Source of the DNA: Euglena gracilis
Taxonomy: Eukaryota
DNA length: 64,000 nucleotides
Reading direction: 5' to 3'
Assembly: GCA_039621445.1 (NCBI GenBank)
Contig: CP154954.1
Coordinates: 35,449,703 to 35,513,702, forward strand
Part shown: positions 37,901 to 51,300 of the stretch, in pieces
Position numbering within the stretch: position 1 is the stretch's first letter
How the letters are laid out: each line of letters opens with the position of its first letter
The notes under the pieces: model-generated
What the model was told of the DNA's origin: nothing
What the model saw: only the letters and a program-made list of their open reading frames with translations
Databases searched by the model: none
Made by a program: the position numbers and the translations under genes

Positions 37901-38946
37901 GCAGTAGCATTGTTGAACAAGACTCCACTTTGGCAAAAAGATGACTCATACCATCTTGTACATGCAGAAACTTGGAATCATTCTGCGTTTGCGCTTCATG
38001 GAGTGTTTCACTGATTTGTTGGAAGTTTTGTGGGAGTTGGATGCGTAAAATACCGTCAACACTTTCTCGGAAATGCTGAACGTCTTTCGCCGCATTTTCG
38101 AAATTGTGCTGGCAACATTTGCCGATGTCCTGCAAATAATTCCAACAATACTCAGTTTGGTGTTGACAACCCTTTGATTGTCCTCATCAAACTGCAAAAA
38201 CTTGTTCAGCATGGTTGCACATTCCGCAACACATTGGTGGACAAGCAAAATTTGTTTGTTTAGCGGGTTATCCGCTGGAAGTTGACCAAGAATTCGGAAA
38301 ACATCACCGGGGGTGATGTTATCCCTCAAATCTTACTCATAGTCCTCCACAACGGAAACGACACCAGAGATTTCCGGTATCACCAGACGCATATCTGGGT
38401 TTCATGGCAATGCAGGGAAAACCGCAGTTTCCGCGGGGAATCCCGGCAATGCGCGAAATGGTGTGGGGGGTGGAAATTGAGGGGGGGGGTTGGAAAAAAA
38501 CACCGTTTTTCCACCGAGTTGCACTCCATAAGGCCCACCGGTGTTTCCACCAGGGTTCTTTTGTGTGGCAACAGAGCAAAGGGCACATACCCCTCACTTT
38601 GTTCATGGGTAACATGAGTAACCAAGTGTGAAGTTGCAAGGGGGTAATCCCCTCGCCGCATCAATGATGGGTGAACCGGGATGGATGAAGGCATTTTGCC
38701 ACCTACATCCCGCACAATCAATGACAATGATGACGAAGAGGGATCATCGCCCCCTTGCAACAATGAAGGCGTTTCGCCTTGTGACAATAACAATTGATGC
38801 AATGTGCCTTCTTGTTGCTTGGGGGATCGGGAATTGGAACTTGTTTCATTCGAACCCTTCCAATCACCGTAATCTTCATCAAGATTGCTCAATGAACTCA
38901 TCAACAAATCCTAATCAAAATTGTGGTTGGGGGTTGTGCTTTGCAT
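34904..38946 (-). pseudogene. gag: gag of copy 2 (~1350 codons; long N-terminal coiled-coil region; multiple frameshifts)
   Basis: ATG at 38946 (MQSTTPNHNFD*DLLMSS) is in frame with ORF 38380..38907. Helical Q/E/L-rich fragments at 37100-38330. The C-terminal part matches copy 1 gag and ends in the same DLE-TAG. Confidence 0.8.
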
Positions 38947-39019
38947 CTTTCGAGATGGGTAAAAAGGCAAAAACCGAAAAACACTCCGAAATATGCAAAA
39001 AAACAGGGACCAGAAAGGT

Positions 39020-39151
39020 TGTATCGGCGATTACCGAACAGAGCCTCCTGAGACCTTTATCCGTGCGTAAAGGTTGGCTAGAGGCCAGGAACAGTAATTT
39101 CACCGTGTTTCACGGCTCAGTACGATCCTCACCACCAGTCAACCACATACA
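39020..39151 (-). repeat. Putative 132-bp 5' LTR of copy 2
   Basis: Segment bounded by TGTAT...ATACA. On the minus strand it is followed after 7 nt by TGGTCCCTG (PBS-like TGG start). No full second copy exists in the window. Confidence 0.5.
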
Positions 39152-39340
39152 TTCCGTTACTCGGAGTAAGGCCCAATTTGGTCCATTTTTACATGGTAAC
39201 CTGGGCTGACCTGGAAAATGTCCCCCGGAATGGTCGAATGCACCCATCTAAATGTGCGCATTTCCGCTGTAAGTTCTTTCTTACCATTAAGACGCGACTT
39301 ACCATTAAGTCCCCTGACTTTGGAGGCCTCCTGGAACACC
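39152..39340 (-). repeat. Inverted, internally rearranged satellite monomer
   Basis: Reverse-complement satellite with deletions and a duplicated ttaccattaag at ~39281-39309. Confidence 0.92.
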
Positions 39341-42300
39341 AGGCCCCCAAAGTCTGGGGACCCGTTGGTTTCATTAAAGTCGTGGTTTAGTGTTAAAAAA
39401 CACATGCAGCGGGAATGTTGGTTGGAAGAAGTGAGCACATTTAGAGGTGTGCATTCGACCATTCCGGGGGACGTTTACCAGGTCAGCCCAGGTTACCACG
39501 TAAAAATGGACCAAAATTTGGCCTTACTCCGAGTAACCGAATGGGTGTTCCAGGAGGCCCCCCAGAGTCAGGGGACCCGTTGGTGTCATAATTGTCGTGG
39601 TTTAATGGTAAGAAAAACATGCAGCGGGAATGTTGGTTGCAAGAAATGAGCACATTTAGATGGGTGCATTCGACCATTCCGGGGGACATTTACCAGGTCA
39701 GCCCAGGTTACCATGTAAAAATGGACCAAATTGGGCCTTACTCCGAGTAACCGAATGGGTGTTCCAGGAGGCCTCCAAAGTCAGGGGACCCGTTGGTTTC
39801 ATGATTGTCGTGGTTTAATAGTAAGAAAACCATGCAGCGGGAATGTTGGTTGCCGGAAATGATTGCATTTAGATGGGTGAATTCGACCATTCCGGGGGAG
39901 GTTTACCAGGTCAGCCCAGGTTACCACGTAAAAATGGACCAAATTGGGCCTTACTCCGAGTAACCGAATGGGTGTTCCAGGAGGCCTCCAAAGTCAGGGG
40001 ACCCGTTGGTTTCCTGAATGTTGTGGTTTAATGGTAAGAAAAACATGCAGCGGGAATGTTGGTTGCAAGAAATGAGCACATTTAGATGGGTGCATTCGAC
40101 CATTCCGGGGGACATTTACCAGGTCAGCCCAGGTTACCATGTAAAAATGGACCAAAAGGGGCCTTACTCCGAGTAACCGAATGGGTGTTCCAGGAGGCCT
40201 CCAAAGTCAGGGGACCCGTTGGTTTCATGATTGTCGTGGTTTAATGGTAAGAAAAACATGCAGCGGGAATGTTGGTTGCAAGAAATGAGCACATTTAGAT
40301 GGGTGCATTCGACCATTCCGGGGGACATTTACCAGGTCAGCCCAGGTTACCATCTAAAAATGGACCAAATTGGGCCTTACTCCGAGTAACCGAATGGGTG
40401 TTCCAGGAGGCCTCCAAAGTCAGGGGACCCGTTGGTTTCATGATTGTCGTGGTTTAATGGTAAGAAAAACATGCAGCGGGAATGTTGGTTGCAAGAAATG
40501 AGCACATTTAGATGGGTGCATTCGACCATTCCGGGGGACATTTACCAGGTCAGCCCAGGTTACCATGTAAAAATGGACCAAATTGGGCCTTACTCCGAGT
40601 AACCGAATGGGTGTTCCAGGAGGCCTCCAAAGTCAGGGGACCCGTTGGTTTCATGATTGTCGTGGTTTAATGGTAAGAAAAACATGCAGCGGGAATGTTG
40701 GTTGCAAGAAATGAGCACATTTAGATGGGTGCATTCGACCATTCCGGGGGACATTTACCAGGTCAGCCCAGGTTACCATGTAAAAATGGACCAAATTGGG
40801 CCTTACTCGGAGTAACCGAATGGGTGTTCCAGGAGGCCTCCAAAGTCAAGGACCCGTTGGTTTTTCATGATTTGTCGTGGTTTAATGGTAATTAAAAGAT
40901 GCAGCGGGAATGTTGGTTGCAAGAAATGAGCACATTTAGTGGGTGCATTCGACCATTCCGGGGGACATTTACCAGGGTCAGCCCAGGTTACCACTTAAAA
41001 ATTGACCAATTCGGGTCTTACTCCGATTTACCGAATGGGTGTTCCAGGAGGCCTCCAAAGTCAGGGGACCCGTTGGTTTCATGATTGTCGTGGTTTAATG
41101 GTAAGAAAAACATGCAGCGGGAATGTTGGTTGCAAGAAATGAGCACATTTAGATGGGTGCATTCGACCATTCCGGGGGACATTTACCAGGTCAGCCCAGG
41201 TTACCATGTAAAAATGGACCAAATTGGGCCTTACTCCGAGTAACCGAATGGGTGTTCCAGGAGGCCTCCAAAGTCAGGGGACCCGTTGGTTTCATGATTG
41301 TCGTGGTTTAATGGTAAGAAAAACATGCAACCGGAAGGTTGGTTGCAAGAAATGAGCAGATTTAGATGGGTGCATTCGACCATTCCGGGGGACATTTACC
41401 AGGTCAGCCCAGGTTACCATGTAAAAATGGACCAAATTGGGCCTTACTCCGAGTAACCGAATGGGTGTTCCAGGAGGCCTCCAAAGTCAGGGGACCCGTT
41501 GGTTTCATGATTTCAGTGGTTTAATGGTAAGAAAAACATACAGCGGGAATGTTGGTTGCAAGAAATGAGCACATTTAGATGGGTGCATTCGACCATTCCG
41601 GGGGACATTTACCAGGTCAGCCCAGGTTACCATGTAAAAATGGACCAAATTGGGCCTTACTCCGAGTAACCGAATGGGTGTTCCAGGAGGCCTCCAAAGT
41701 CAGGGGACCCGTTGGTTTCATGATTGTCGTGGTTTAATGGTAAGAAAAACATGCAGCGGGAAGGTTGGTTGCAAGAAATGAGCAGATTTAGATGGGTGCA
41801 TTCGACCATTCCGGGGGACATTTACCAGGTCAGCCCAGGTTACCATGTAAAAATGGACCAAATTGGGCCTTACTCCGAGTAACCGAATGGGTGTTCCAGG
41901 AGGCCTCCAAAGTCAGGGGACCCGTTGGTTTCATGATTGTCGTGGTTTAATGGTAAGAAAAACATGCAGCGGGAATGTTGGTTGCAAGAAATATGCACAT
42001 TTAGATGGGTGCATTCGACCATTCCGGGGGACATTTACCAGGTCAGCCCAGGTTACCATGTAAAAATGGACCAAATTGGGCCTTACTCCGAGTAACCGAA
42101 TGGGTGTTCCAGGAGGCCTCCAAAGTCAGGGGACCCGTTGGTTTCATGATTGTCGTGGTTTAATGGTAAGAAAAACATGCAACCGGAAGGTTGGTTGCAA
42201 GAAATGAGCAGATTTAGATGGGTGCATTCGACCATTCCGGGGGACATTTACCAGGTCAGCCCAGGTTACCATGTAAAAATGGACCAAATTGGGCCTTACT

Positions 42301-45300
42301 CCGAGTAACCGAATGGGTGTTCCAGGAGGCCTCCAAAGTCAGGGGACCCGTTGGTTTCATGATTGTCGTGGTTTAATGGTAAGAAAAAACATGCAGCGGG
42401 AATGTTGGTTGCAAGAAATGAGCACATTTAGATGGGTGCATTCGACCATTCCGGGGGACATTTACCAGGTCAGCCCAGGTTACCATGTAAAAATGGACCA
42501 AATTGGGCCTTACTCCGAGTAACCGAATGGGTGTTCCAGGAGGCCTCCAAAGTCAGGGGACCCGTTGGTTTCATGATTGTCGTGGTTTAATGGTAAGAAA
42601 AACATGCAGCCGGAAGGTTGGTTGCAAGAAATGAGCAGATTTAGATGGGTGCATTCGACCATTCCGGGGGACATTTACCAGGTCAGCCCAGGTTACCATG
42701 TAAAAATGGACCAAATTGGGCCTTACCCGATTTACGAGAATGGGTGTTCCAGGAGGCCTCCAAAGTCAGGGGACCCGTTGGTTTCATGATTTTCGTGGTT
42801 TAATGGTAAGAAAAACATGCAGCGGGAATGTTGGTTGCAAGAAATGAGCACATTTAGATGGGTGCATTCGACCATTCCGGGGGACATTTACCAGGTCAGC
42901 CCAGGTTACCATGTAAAAATGGACCAAATTGGGCCTTACTCCGAGTAACCGAATGGGTGTTCCAGGAGGCCTCCAAAGTCAGGGGACCGTTGGTTTCATG
43001 ATTGTCGTGGTTAAATGGTAAGAAAAACATGCAGCCGGAAGGTTGGTTGCAAGAAATGAGCAGATTTAGATGGGTGCATTCGACCATTCCGGGGGACATT
43101 TACCAGGTCAGCCCAGGTTACCATGTAAAAATGGACCAAATTGGGCCTTACTCCGAGTAACCGAATGGGTGTTCCAGGAGGCCTCCAAAGTCAGGGGACC
43201 CGTTGGTTTCATGATTGTCGTGGTTAATGGTAAGAAAAACATGCAGCGGGAATGTTGGTTGCAAGAAATGAGCAGATTTAGATGGGTGCATTCGACCATT
43301 CCGGGGGACATTTACCAGGTCAGCCCAGGTTACCATGTAAAAATGGACCAAATTGGGCCTTACTCCGAGTAACCGAATGGGTGTTCCAGGAGGCCTCCAA
43401 AGTCAGGGGACCCGTTGGTTTCATGATTGTCGTGGTTTAATGGTAAGAAAAACATGCAGCGGGAATGTTGGTTGCAAGAAATGAGCAGATTTAGATGGGT
43501 GCATTCGACCATTCCGGGGGACATTTACCAGGTCAGCCCAGGTTACCATGTAAAAATGGACCAAATTGGGCCTTACTCCGAGTAACCGAATGGGTGTTCC
43601 AGGAGGCCTCCAAAGTCAGGGGACCCGTTGGTTTCATGATTGTCGTGGTTTAATGGTAAGAAAAACATGCAGCGGGAATGTCGGTTGCAAGAAATGAGCA
43701 GATTTAGATGGGTGCATTCGACCATTCCGGGGGACATTTACCAGGTCAGCCCAGGTTACCATGTAAAAATGGACCAAATTGGGCCTTACTCCGAGTAACC
43801 GAATGGGTGTTCCAGGAGGCCTCCAAAGTCAGGGGACCCGTTGGTTTCATGATTGTCGTGGTTTAATGGTAAGAAAACCATGCAGCGGGAATGTTGGTTG
43901 CACGAAATGAGCAGATTTAGATGGGTGCATTCGACCATTCCGGGGGACATTTACCAGGTCAGCCCAGGTTACCATGTAAAAATGGACCAAATTGGGCCTT
44001 ACTCCGAGTAACCGAATGGGTGTTCCAGGAGGCCTCCAAAGTCAGGGGACCCGTTGGTTTCATGATTGTCGTGGTTTAATGGTAAGAAAAACATGCAGCG
44101 GGAATGTTGGTTGCAAGAAATGAGCAGATTTAGATGGGTGCATTCGACCATTCCGGGGGACATTTACCAGGTCAGCCCAGGTTACCATGTAAAAATGGAC
44201 CAAATTGGGCCTTACTCCGAGTAACCGAATGGGTGTTCCAGGAGGCCTCCAAAGTCAGGGGACCCGTTGGTTTCATGATTGTCGTGGTTTAATGGTAAGA
44301 AAAACATGCAGCGGGAATGTTGGTTGCAAGAAATGGGCAGATTTAGATGGGTGCATTCGACCATTCCGGGGGACATTTACCAGGTCAGCCCAGGTTACCA
44401 TGTAAAAATGGACCAAATTGGGCCTTACTCCGAGTTACCGAATGGGTGTTCCAGGAGGCCTCCAAAGTCAGGGGACCCGTTGGTTTCATGATTGTCGTGG
44501 TTTAATGGTAAGAAAAACATGCAGCGGAAAGGTTGGTTGCAAGAAATGAGCAGATTTAGATGGGTGCATTCGACCATTCCGGGGGACATTTACCAGGTCA
44601 GCCCAGGTTACCATGTAAAAATGGACCAAATTGGGCCTTACTCCGAGTAACCGAATGGGTGTTCCAGGAGGCCTCCAAAGTCAGGGGACCCGTTGGTTTC
44701 ATGATTGTCGTGGTTTAATGGTAAGAAAAACATGCAGCGGGAATGTTGGTTGCAAGAAATGAGCAGATTTAGATGGGTGCATTCGACCATTCCGGGGGAC
44801 ATTTACCAGGTCAGCCCAGGTTACCATGTAAAAATGGACCAAATTGGGCCTTACTCCGAGTAACCGAATGGGTGTTCCAGGAGGCCTCCAAAGTCAGGGG
44901 ACCCGTTGGTTTCATGATTGTCGTGGTTAATGGTAAGAAAAACATGCAGCGGGAATGTTGGTTGCAAGAAATGAGCAGATTTAGATGGGTGCATTCGACC
45001 ATTCCGGGGGACATTTACCAGGTCAGCCCAGGTTACCATGTAAAAATGGACCAAATTGGGCCTTACTCCGAGTAACCGAATGGGTGTTCCAGGAGGCCTC
45101 CAAAGTCAGGGGACCCGTTGGTTTCATGATTGTCGTGGTTAATGGTAAGAAAAACATGCAGCGGGAATGTTGGTTGCAAGAAATGAGCAGATTTAGATGG
45201 GTGCATTCGACCATTCCGGGGGACATTTACCAGGTCAGCCCAGGTTACCATGTAAAAATGGACCAAATTGGGCCTTACTCCGAGTAACCGAATGGGTGTT

Positions 45301-48300
45301 CCAGGAGGCCTCCAAAGTCAGGGGACCCGTTGGTTTCATGATTGTCGTGGTTTAATGGTAAGAAAAACATGCAGCGGGAATGTTGGTTGCAAGAAATGAG
45401 CAGATTTAGATGGGTGCATTCGACCATTCCGGGGGACATTTACCAGGTCAGCCCAGGTTACCATGTAAAAATGGACCAAATTGGGCCTTACTCCGAGTAA
45501 CCGAATGGGTGTTCCAGGAGGCCTCCAAAGTCAGGGGACCCGTTGGTTTCATGATTGTCGTGGTTTAATGGTAAGAAAAACATGCAGCCGGTAGGTTGTT
45601 TGCAAGAAATGAGCACATTTAGATGGGTGCATTCGACCATTCCGGGGGACATTTACCAGGTCAGCCCAGGTTACCATGTAAAAATGGACCAAATTGGGCC
45701 TTACTCCGAGTAACCGAATGGGTGTTCCAGGAGGCCTCCAAAGTCAGGGGACCCGTTGGTTTCATGATTGTCGTGGTTAATGGTAAGAAAAACATGCAGC
45801 GGGAATGTTGGTTGCAAGAAATGAGCAGATTTAGATGGGTGCATTCGACCATTCCGGGGGACATTTACCAGGTCAGCCCAGGTTACCATGTAAAAATGGA
45901 CCAAATTGGGCCTTACTCCGAGTAACCGAATGGGTGTTCCAGGAGGCCTCCAAAGTCAGGGGACCCGTTGGTTTCATGATTGTCGTGGTTTAATGGTAAG
46001 AAAAACATGCAGCGGGAATGTTGGTTGCAAGAAATGAGCACATTTAGATGGGTGCATTCGACCATTCCGGGGGACATTTACCAGGTCAGCCCAGGTTACC
46101 ATGTAAAAATGGACCAAATTGGGCCTTACTCCGAGTAACCGAATGGGTGTTCCAGGAGGCCTCCAAAGTCAGGGGACCCGTTGGTTTCATGATTGTCGTG
46201 GTTTAATGGTAAGAAAAACATGCAGCCCAAAGATTTGGTTGCAAGAAATGAGCAGATTTAGATGGGTGCATTCGACCATTCCGGGGGACATTTACCAGGT
46301 CAGCCCAGGTTACCATGTAAAAATGGACCAAATTGGGCCTTACTCCGAGTAACCGAATGGGTGTTCCAGGAGGCCTCCAAAGTCAGGGGACCCGTTGGTT
46401 TCATGATTGTCGTGGTTTAATGGTAAGAAAAACATGCAGCGGGAATGTTGGTTGCAAGAAATGAGCACATTTAGATGGGTGCATTCGACCATTCCGGGGG
46501 ACATTTACCAGGTCAGCCCAGGTTACCATGTAAAAATGGACCAAATTGGGCCTTACTCCGAGTAACCGAATGGGTGTTCCAGGAGGCCTCCAAAGTCAGG
46601 GGACCCGTTGGTTTCATGATTGTCGTGGTTTAATGGTAAGAAAAACATGCAGCCGGAAGGTTGGTTGCAAGAAATGAGCAGATTTAGATGGGTGCATTCG
46701 ACCATTCCGGGGGACATTTACCAGGTCAGCCCAGGTTACCATGTAAAAATGGACCAAATTGGGCCTTACTCCGAGTTACCGAATGGGTGTTCCAGGAGGC
46801 CTCCAAAGTCAGGGGACCCGTTGGTTTCATGATTGTCGTGGTTTAATGGTAAGAAAAACATGCAGCGGGAGGTTGGTTGCAAGAAATGAGCAGATTTAGA
46901 TGGGTGCATTCGACCATTCCGGGGGACATTTACCAGGTCAGCCCAGGTTACCATGTAAAAATGGACCAAATTGGGCCTTACTCCGAGTAACCGAATGGGT
47001 GTTCCAGGAGGCCTCCAAAGTCAGGGGACCCGTTGGTTTCATGATTGTCGTGCCTAAATGGTAAGAAAAACATCCAGAGGGAATGTTGGTTGCAAGAAAT
47101 GAGCAGATTTAGATGGGTGCATTCGACCATTCCGGGGGACATTTACCAGGTCAGCCCAGGTTACCATGTAAAAATGGACCAAATTGGGCCTTACTCCGAG
47201 TAACCGAATGGGTGTTCCAGGAGGCCTCCAAAGTCAGGGGACCCGTTGGTTTCATGATTGTCGTGGTTAAATGGTAAGAAAAACATGCAGCGGGAATGTT
47301 GGTTGCAAGAAATGAGCACATTTAGATAGGTGCATTCGACCATTCCGGGGGACATTTACCAGGTCAGCCCAGGTTACCATGTAAAAATGGACCAAATTGG
47401 GCCTTACTCCGAGTAACCGAATGGGTGTTCCAGGAGGCCTCCAAAGTCAGGGGACCCGTTGGTTTCATGATTGTCGTGGTTTAATGGTAAGAAAAACATG
47501 CAGCGGGAATGTTGGTTGCAAGAAATGAGCAGATTTAGATGGGTGCATTCGACCATTCCGGGGGACATTTACCAGGTCAGCCCAGGTTACCATGTAAAAA
47601 TGGACCAAATTGGGCCTTACTCCGAGTAACGGAATGGGTGTTCCAGGAGGCCTCCAAAGTTAGGGGACCCGTTGGTTTCATGATTTTAGTTTTTTAATGG
47701 TAAGAAAAACATGCAGCGGGAATGTTGGTTGCAAGAAATGAGCACATTTAGATAGGTACATTCGACCATTCCGGGGGACATTTACCAGGTCAGCCCAGGT
47801 TACCATGTAAAAATGGACCAAATTGGGCCTTACTCCGAGTAACCGAATGGGTGTTCCAGGAGGCCTCCAAAGTCAGGGGACCCGTTGGTTTCATGATTGT
47901 CGTGGTTTAATGGTAAGAAAAACATGCAGCGGGAATGTTGGTTGCAAGAAATGAGCAGATTTAGATGGGTGCATTCGACCATTCCGGGGGACATTTACCA
48001 GGTCAGCCCAGGTTACCATGTAAAAATGGACCAAATTGGGCCTTACTCCGAGTAACCGAATGGGTGTTCCAGGAGGCCTCCAAAGTCAGGGGACCCGTTG
48101 GTTTCATGATTGTCGTGGTTTAATGGTAAGAAAAACATGCAGCGGGAAGGTTGGTTGCAAGAAATGAGCACATTTAGATGGGTGCATTCGACCATTCCGG
48201 GGGACATTTACCAGGTCAGCCCAGGTTACCATGTAAAAATGGACCAAATTGGGCCTTACTCCGAGTAACCGAATGGGTGTTCCAGGAGGCCTCCAAAGTC

Positions 48301-51300
48301 AGGGGACCCGTTGGTTTCATGATTGTCGTGGTTTAATGGTAAGAAAAACATGCAGCGGGAATGTTGGTTGCAAGAAATGAGCAGATTTAGATGGGTGCAT
48401 TCGACCATTCCGGGGGACATTTACCAGGTCAGCCCAGGTTACCATGTAAAAATGGACCAAATTGGGCCTTACTCCGAGTAACCGAATGGGTGTTCCAGGA
48501 GGCCTCCAAAGTCAGGGGACCCGTTGGTTTCATGATTGTCGTGGTTAATGGTAAGAAAAACATGCAGCGGGAATGTTGGTTGCAAGAAATGAGCAGATTT
48601 AGATGGGTGCATTCGACCATTCCGGGGGACATTTACCAGGTCAGCCCAGGTTACCATGTAAAAATGGACCAAATTGGGCCTTACTCCGAGTTACCGAATG
48701 GGTGTTCCAGGAGGCCTCCAAAGTCAGGGGACCCGTTGGTTTCATGATTGTCGTGGTTTAATGGTAAGAAAAACATGCAGCCGGAATGTTGGTTGCAAGA
48801 AATGAGCAGATTTAGATGGGTGCATTCGACCATTCCGGGGGACATTTACCAGGTCAGCCCAGGTTACCATGTAAAAATGGACCAAATTGGGCCTTACTCC
48901 GAGTAACCGAATGGGTGTTCCAGGAGGCCTCCAAAGTCAGGGGACCCGTTGGTTTCATGATTGTCGTGGTTAAATGGTAAGAAAAACATGCAGCGGGAAT
49001 GTTGGTTGCAAGAAATGAGCAGATTTAGATGGGTGCATTCGACCATTCCGGGGGACATTTACCAGGTCAGCCCAGGTTACCATGTAAAAATGGACCAAAT
49101 TGGGCCTTACTCCGAGTAACCGAATGGGTGTTCCAGGAGGCCTCCAAAGTCAGGGGACCCGTTGGTTTCATGATTGTCGTGGTTTAATGGTAAGAAAAAC
49201 ATGCAGCGGGAATGTTGGTTGCAAGAAATGAGCAGATTTAGATGGGTGCATTCGACCATTCCGGGGGACATTTACCAGGTCAGCCCAGGTTACCATGTAA
49301 AAATGGACCAAATTGGGCCTTACTCCGAGTAACCGAATGGGTGTTCCAGGAGGCCTCCAAAGTCAGGGGACCCGTTGGTTTCATGATTGTCGTGGTTTAA
49401 TGGTAAGAAAAACATGCAGCGGGAATGTTGGTTGCAAGAAATGAGCAGATTTAGATGGGTGCATTCGACCATTCCGGGGGACATTTACCAGGTCAGCCCA
49501 GGTTACCATGTAAAAATGGACCAAATTGGGCCTTACTCCGAGTTACCGAATGGGTGTTCCAGGAGGCCTCCAAAGTCAGGGGACCCGTTGGTTTCATGAT
49601 TGTCGTGGTTTAATGGTAAGAAAAACATGCAGCGGGAATGTTGGTTGCAAGAAATGAGCAGATTTAGATGGGTGCATTCGACCATTCCGGGGGACATTTA
49701 CCAGGTCAGCCCAGGTTACCATGTAAAAATGGACCAAATTGGGCCTTACTCCGAGTAACCGAATGGGTGTTCCAGGAGGCCTCCAAAGTCAGGGGACCCG
49801 TTGGTTTCATGATTGTCGTGGTTTAATGGTAAGAAAAACATGCAGCGGAATGTTGGTTGCAAGAAATGAGCAGATTTAGATGGGTGCATTCGACCATTCC
49901 GGGGGACATTTACCAGGTCAGCCCAGGTTACCATGTAAAAATGGACCAAATTGGGCCTTACTCCGAGTTACCGAATGGGTGTTCCAGGAGGCCTCCAAAG
50001 TCAGGGGACCCGTTGGTTTCATGATTGTCGTGGTTTAATGGTAAGAAAAAACATGCAGCCGGAAGGTTGGTTGCAAGAAATGAGCAGATTTAGATGGGTG
50101 CATTCGACCATTCCGGGGGACATTTACCAGGTCAGCCCAGGTTACCATGTAAAAATGGACCAAATTGGGCCTTACTCCGAGTAACCGAATGGGTGTTCCA
50201 GGAGGCCTCCAAAGTCAGGGGACCCGTTGGTTTCATGATTGTCGTGGTTTAATGGTAAGAAAAACATGCAGCCGGAAGGTTGGGTGCAAGAAATGAGCAG
50301 ATTTAGATGGGTGCATTCGACCATTCCGGGGGACATTTACCAGGTCAGCCCAGGTTACCATGTAAAAATGGACCAAATTGGGCCTTACTCCGAGTAACCG
50401 AATGGGTGTTCCAGGAGGCCTCCAAAGTCAGGGGACCCGTTGGTTTCATGATTGTCGTGGTTTAATGGTAAGAAAAACATGCAGCCGGAAGGTTGGTTGC
50501 AAGAAATGAGCAGATTTAGATGGGTGCATTCGACCATTCCGGGGGACATTTACCAGGTCAGCCCAGGTTACCATGTAAAAATGGACCAAATTGGGCCTTA
50601 CTCCGAGTTACCGAATGGGTGTTCCAGGAGGCCTCCAAAGTCAGGGGACCCGTTGGTTTCATGATTGTCGTGGTTTAATGGTAAGAAAAACATGCAGCGG
50701 AATGTTGGTTGCAAGAAATGAGCACATTTAGATGGGTGCATTCGACCATTCCGGGGGACATTTACCAGGTCAGCCCAGGTTACCATGTAAAAATGGACCA
50801 AATTGGGCCTTACTCCGAGTAACCGAATGGGTGTTCCAGGAGGCCTCCAAAGTCAGGGGACCCGTTGGTTTCATGATTGTCGTGGTTTAATGGTAAGAAA
50901 AAACATGCAGCGGGAATGTTGGTTGCAAGAAATGAGCAGATTTAGATGGGTGCATTCGACCATTCCGGGGGACATTTACCAGGTCAGCCCAGGTTACCAT
51001 GTAAAAATGGACCAAATTGGGCCTTACTCCGAGTAACCGAATGGGTGTTCCAGGAGGCCTCCAAAGTCAGGGGACCCGTTGGTTTCATGATTGTCGTGGT
51101 TTAATGGTAAGAAAAACATGCAACCGGAAGGTTGGTTGCAAGAAATGAGCAGACTTAGATGGGTGCATTCGACCATTCCGGGGGACATTTACCAGGTCAG
51201 CCCAGGTTACCATGTAAAAATGGACCAAATTGGGCCTTACTCCGAGTAACCGAATGGGTGTTCCAGGAGGCCTCCAAAGTCAGGGGACCCGTTGGTTTCA

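Larger units (their letters stand above)
29392..39151 (-). mobile_element. Ty3/gypsy chromodomain retrotransposon, copy 2; heavily frameshifted, TGTATG...CATACA termini, 6-bp TSD
   Basis: Same domains as copy 1. Flanks are TTCGGT (29386-29391) and TTCCGT (39152-39157), in register with the inverted satellite. Confidence 0.93.

Noticed and set aside
39000-39012. Assignment of the TGGTCCCTG primer-binding site to a specific tRNA
   Set aside because: It is only 9 nt, lies 7 nt from the putative LTR end, and host tRNAs are unknown.
39090-39135. Hammerhead-ribozyme-like motif in the putative LTR (ACTGA-GCCGTG AAA CACGGT-GAAA, minus strand)
   Set aside because: The hairpin and GAAA are present, but the CUGANGA core reads CGUACUGA and no convincing stems I/III or UH cleavage site could be paired. 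An Infernal search would settle it.
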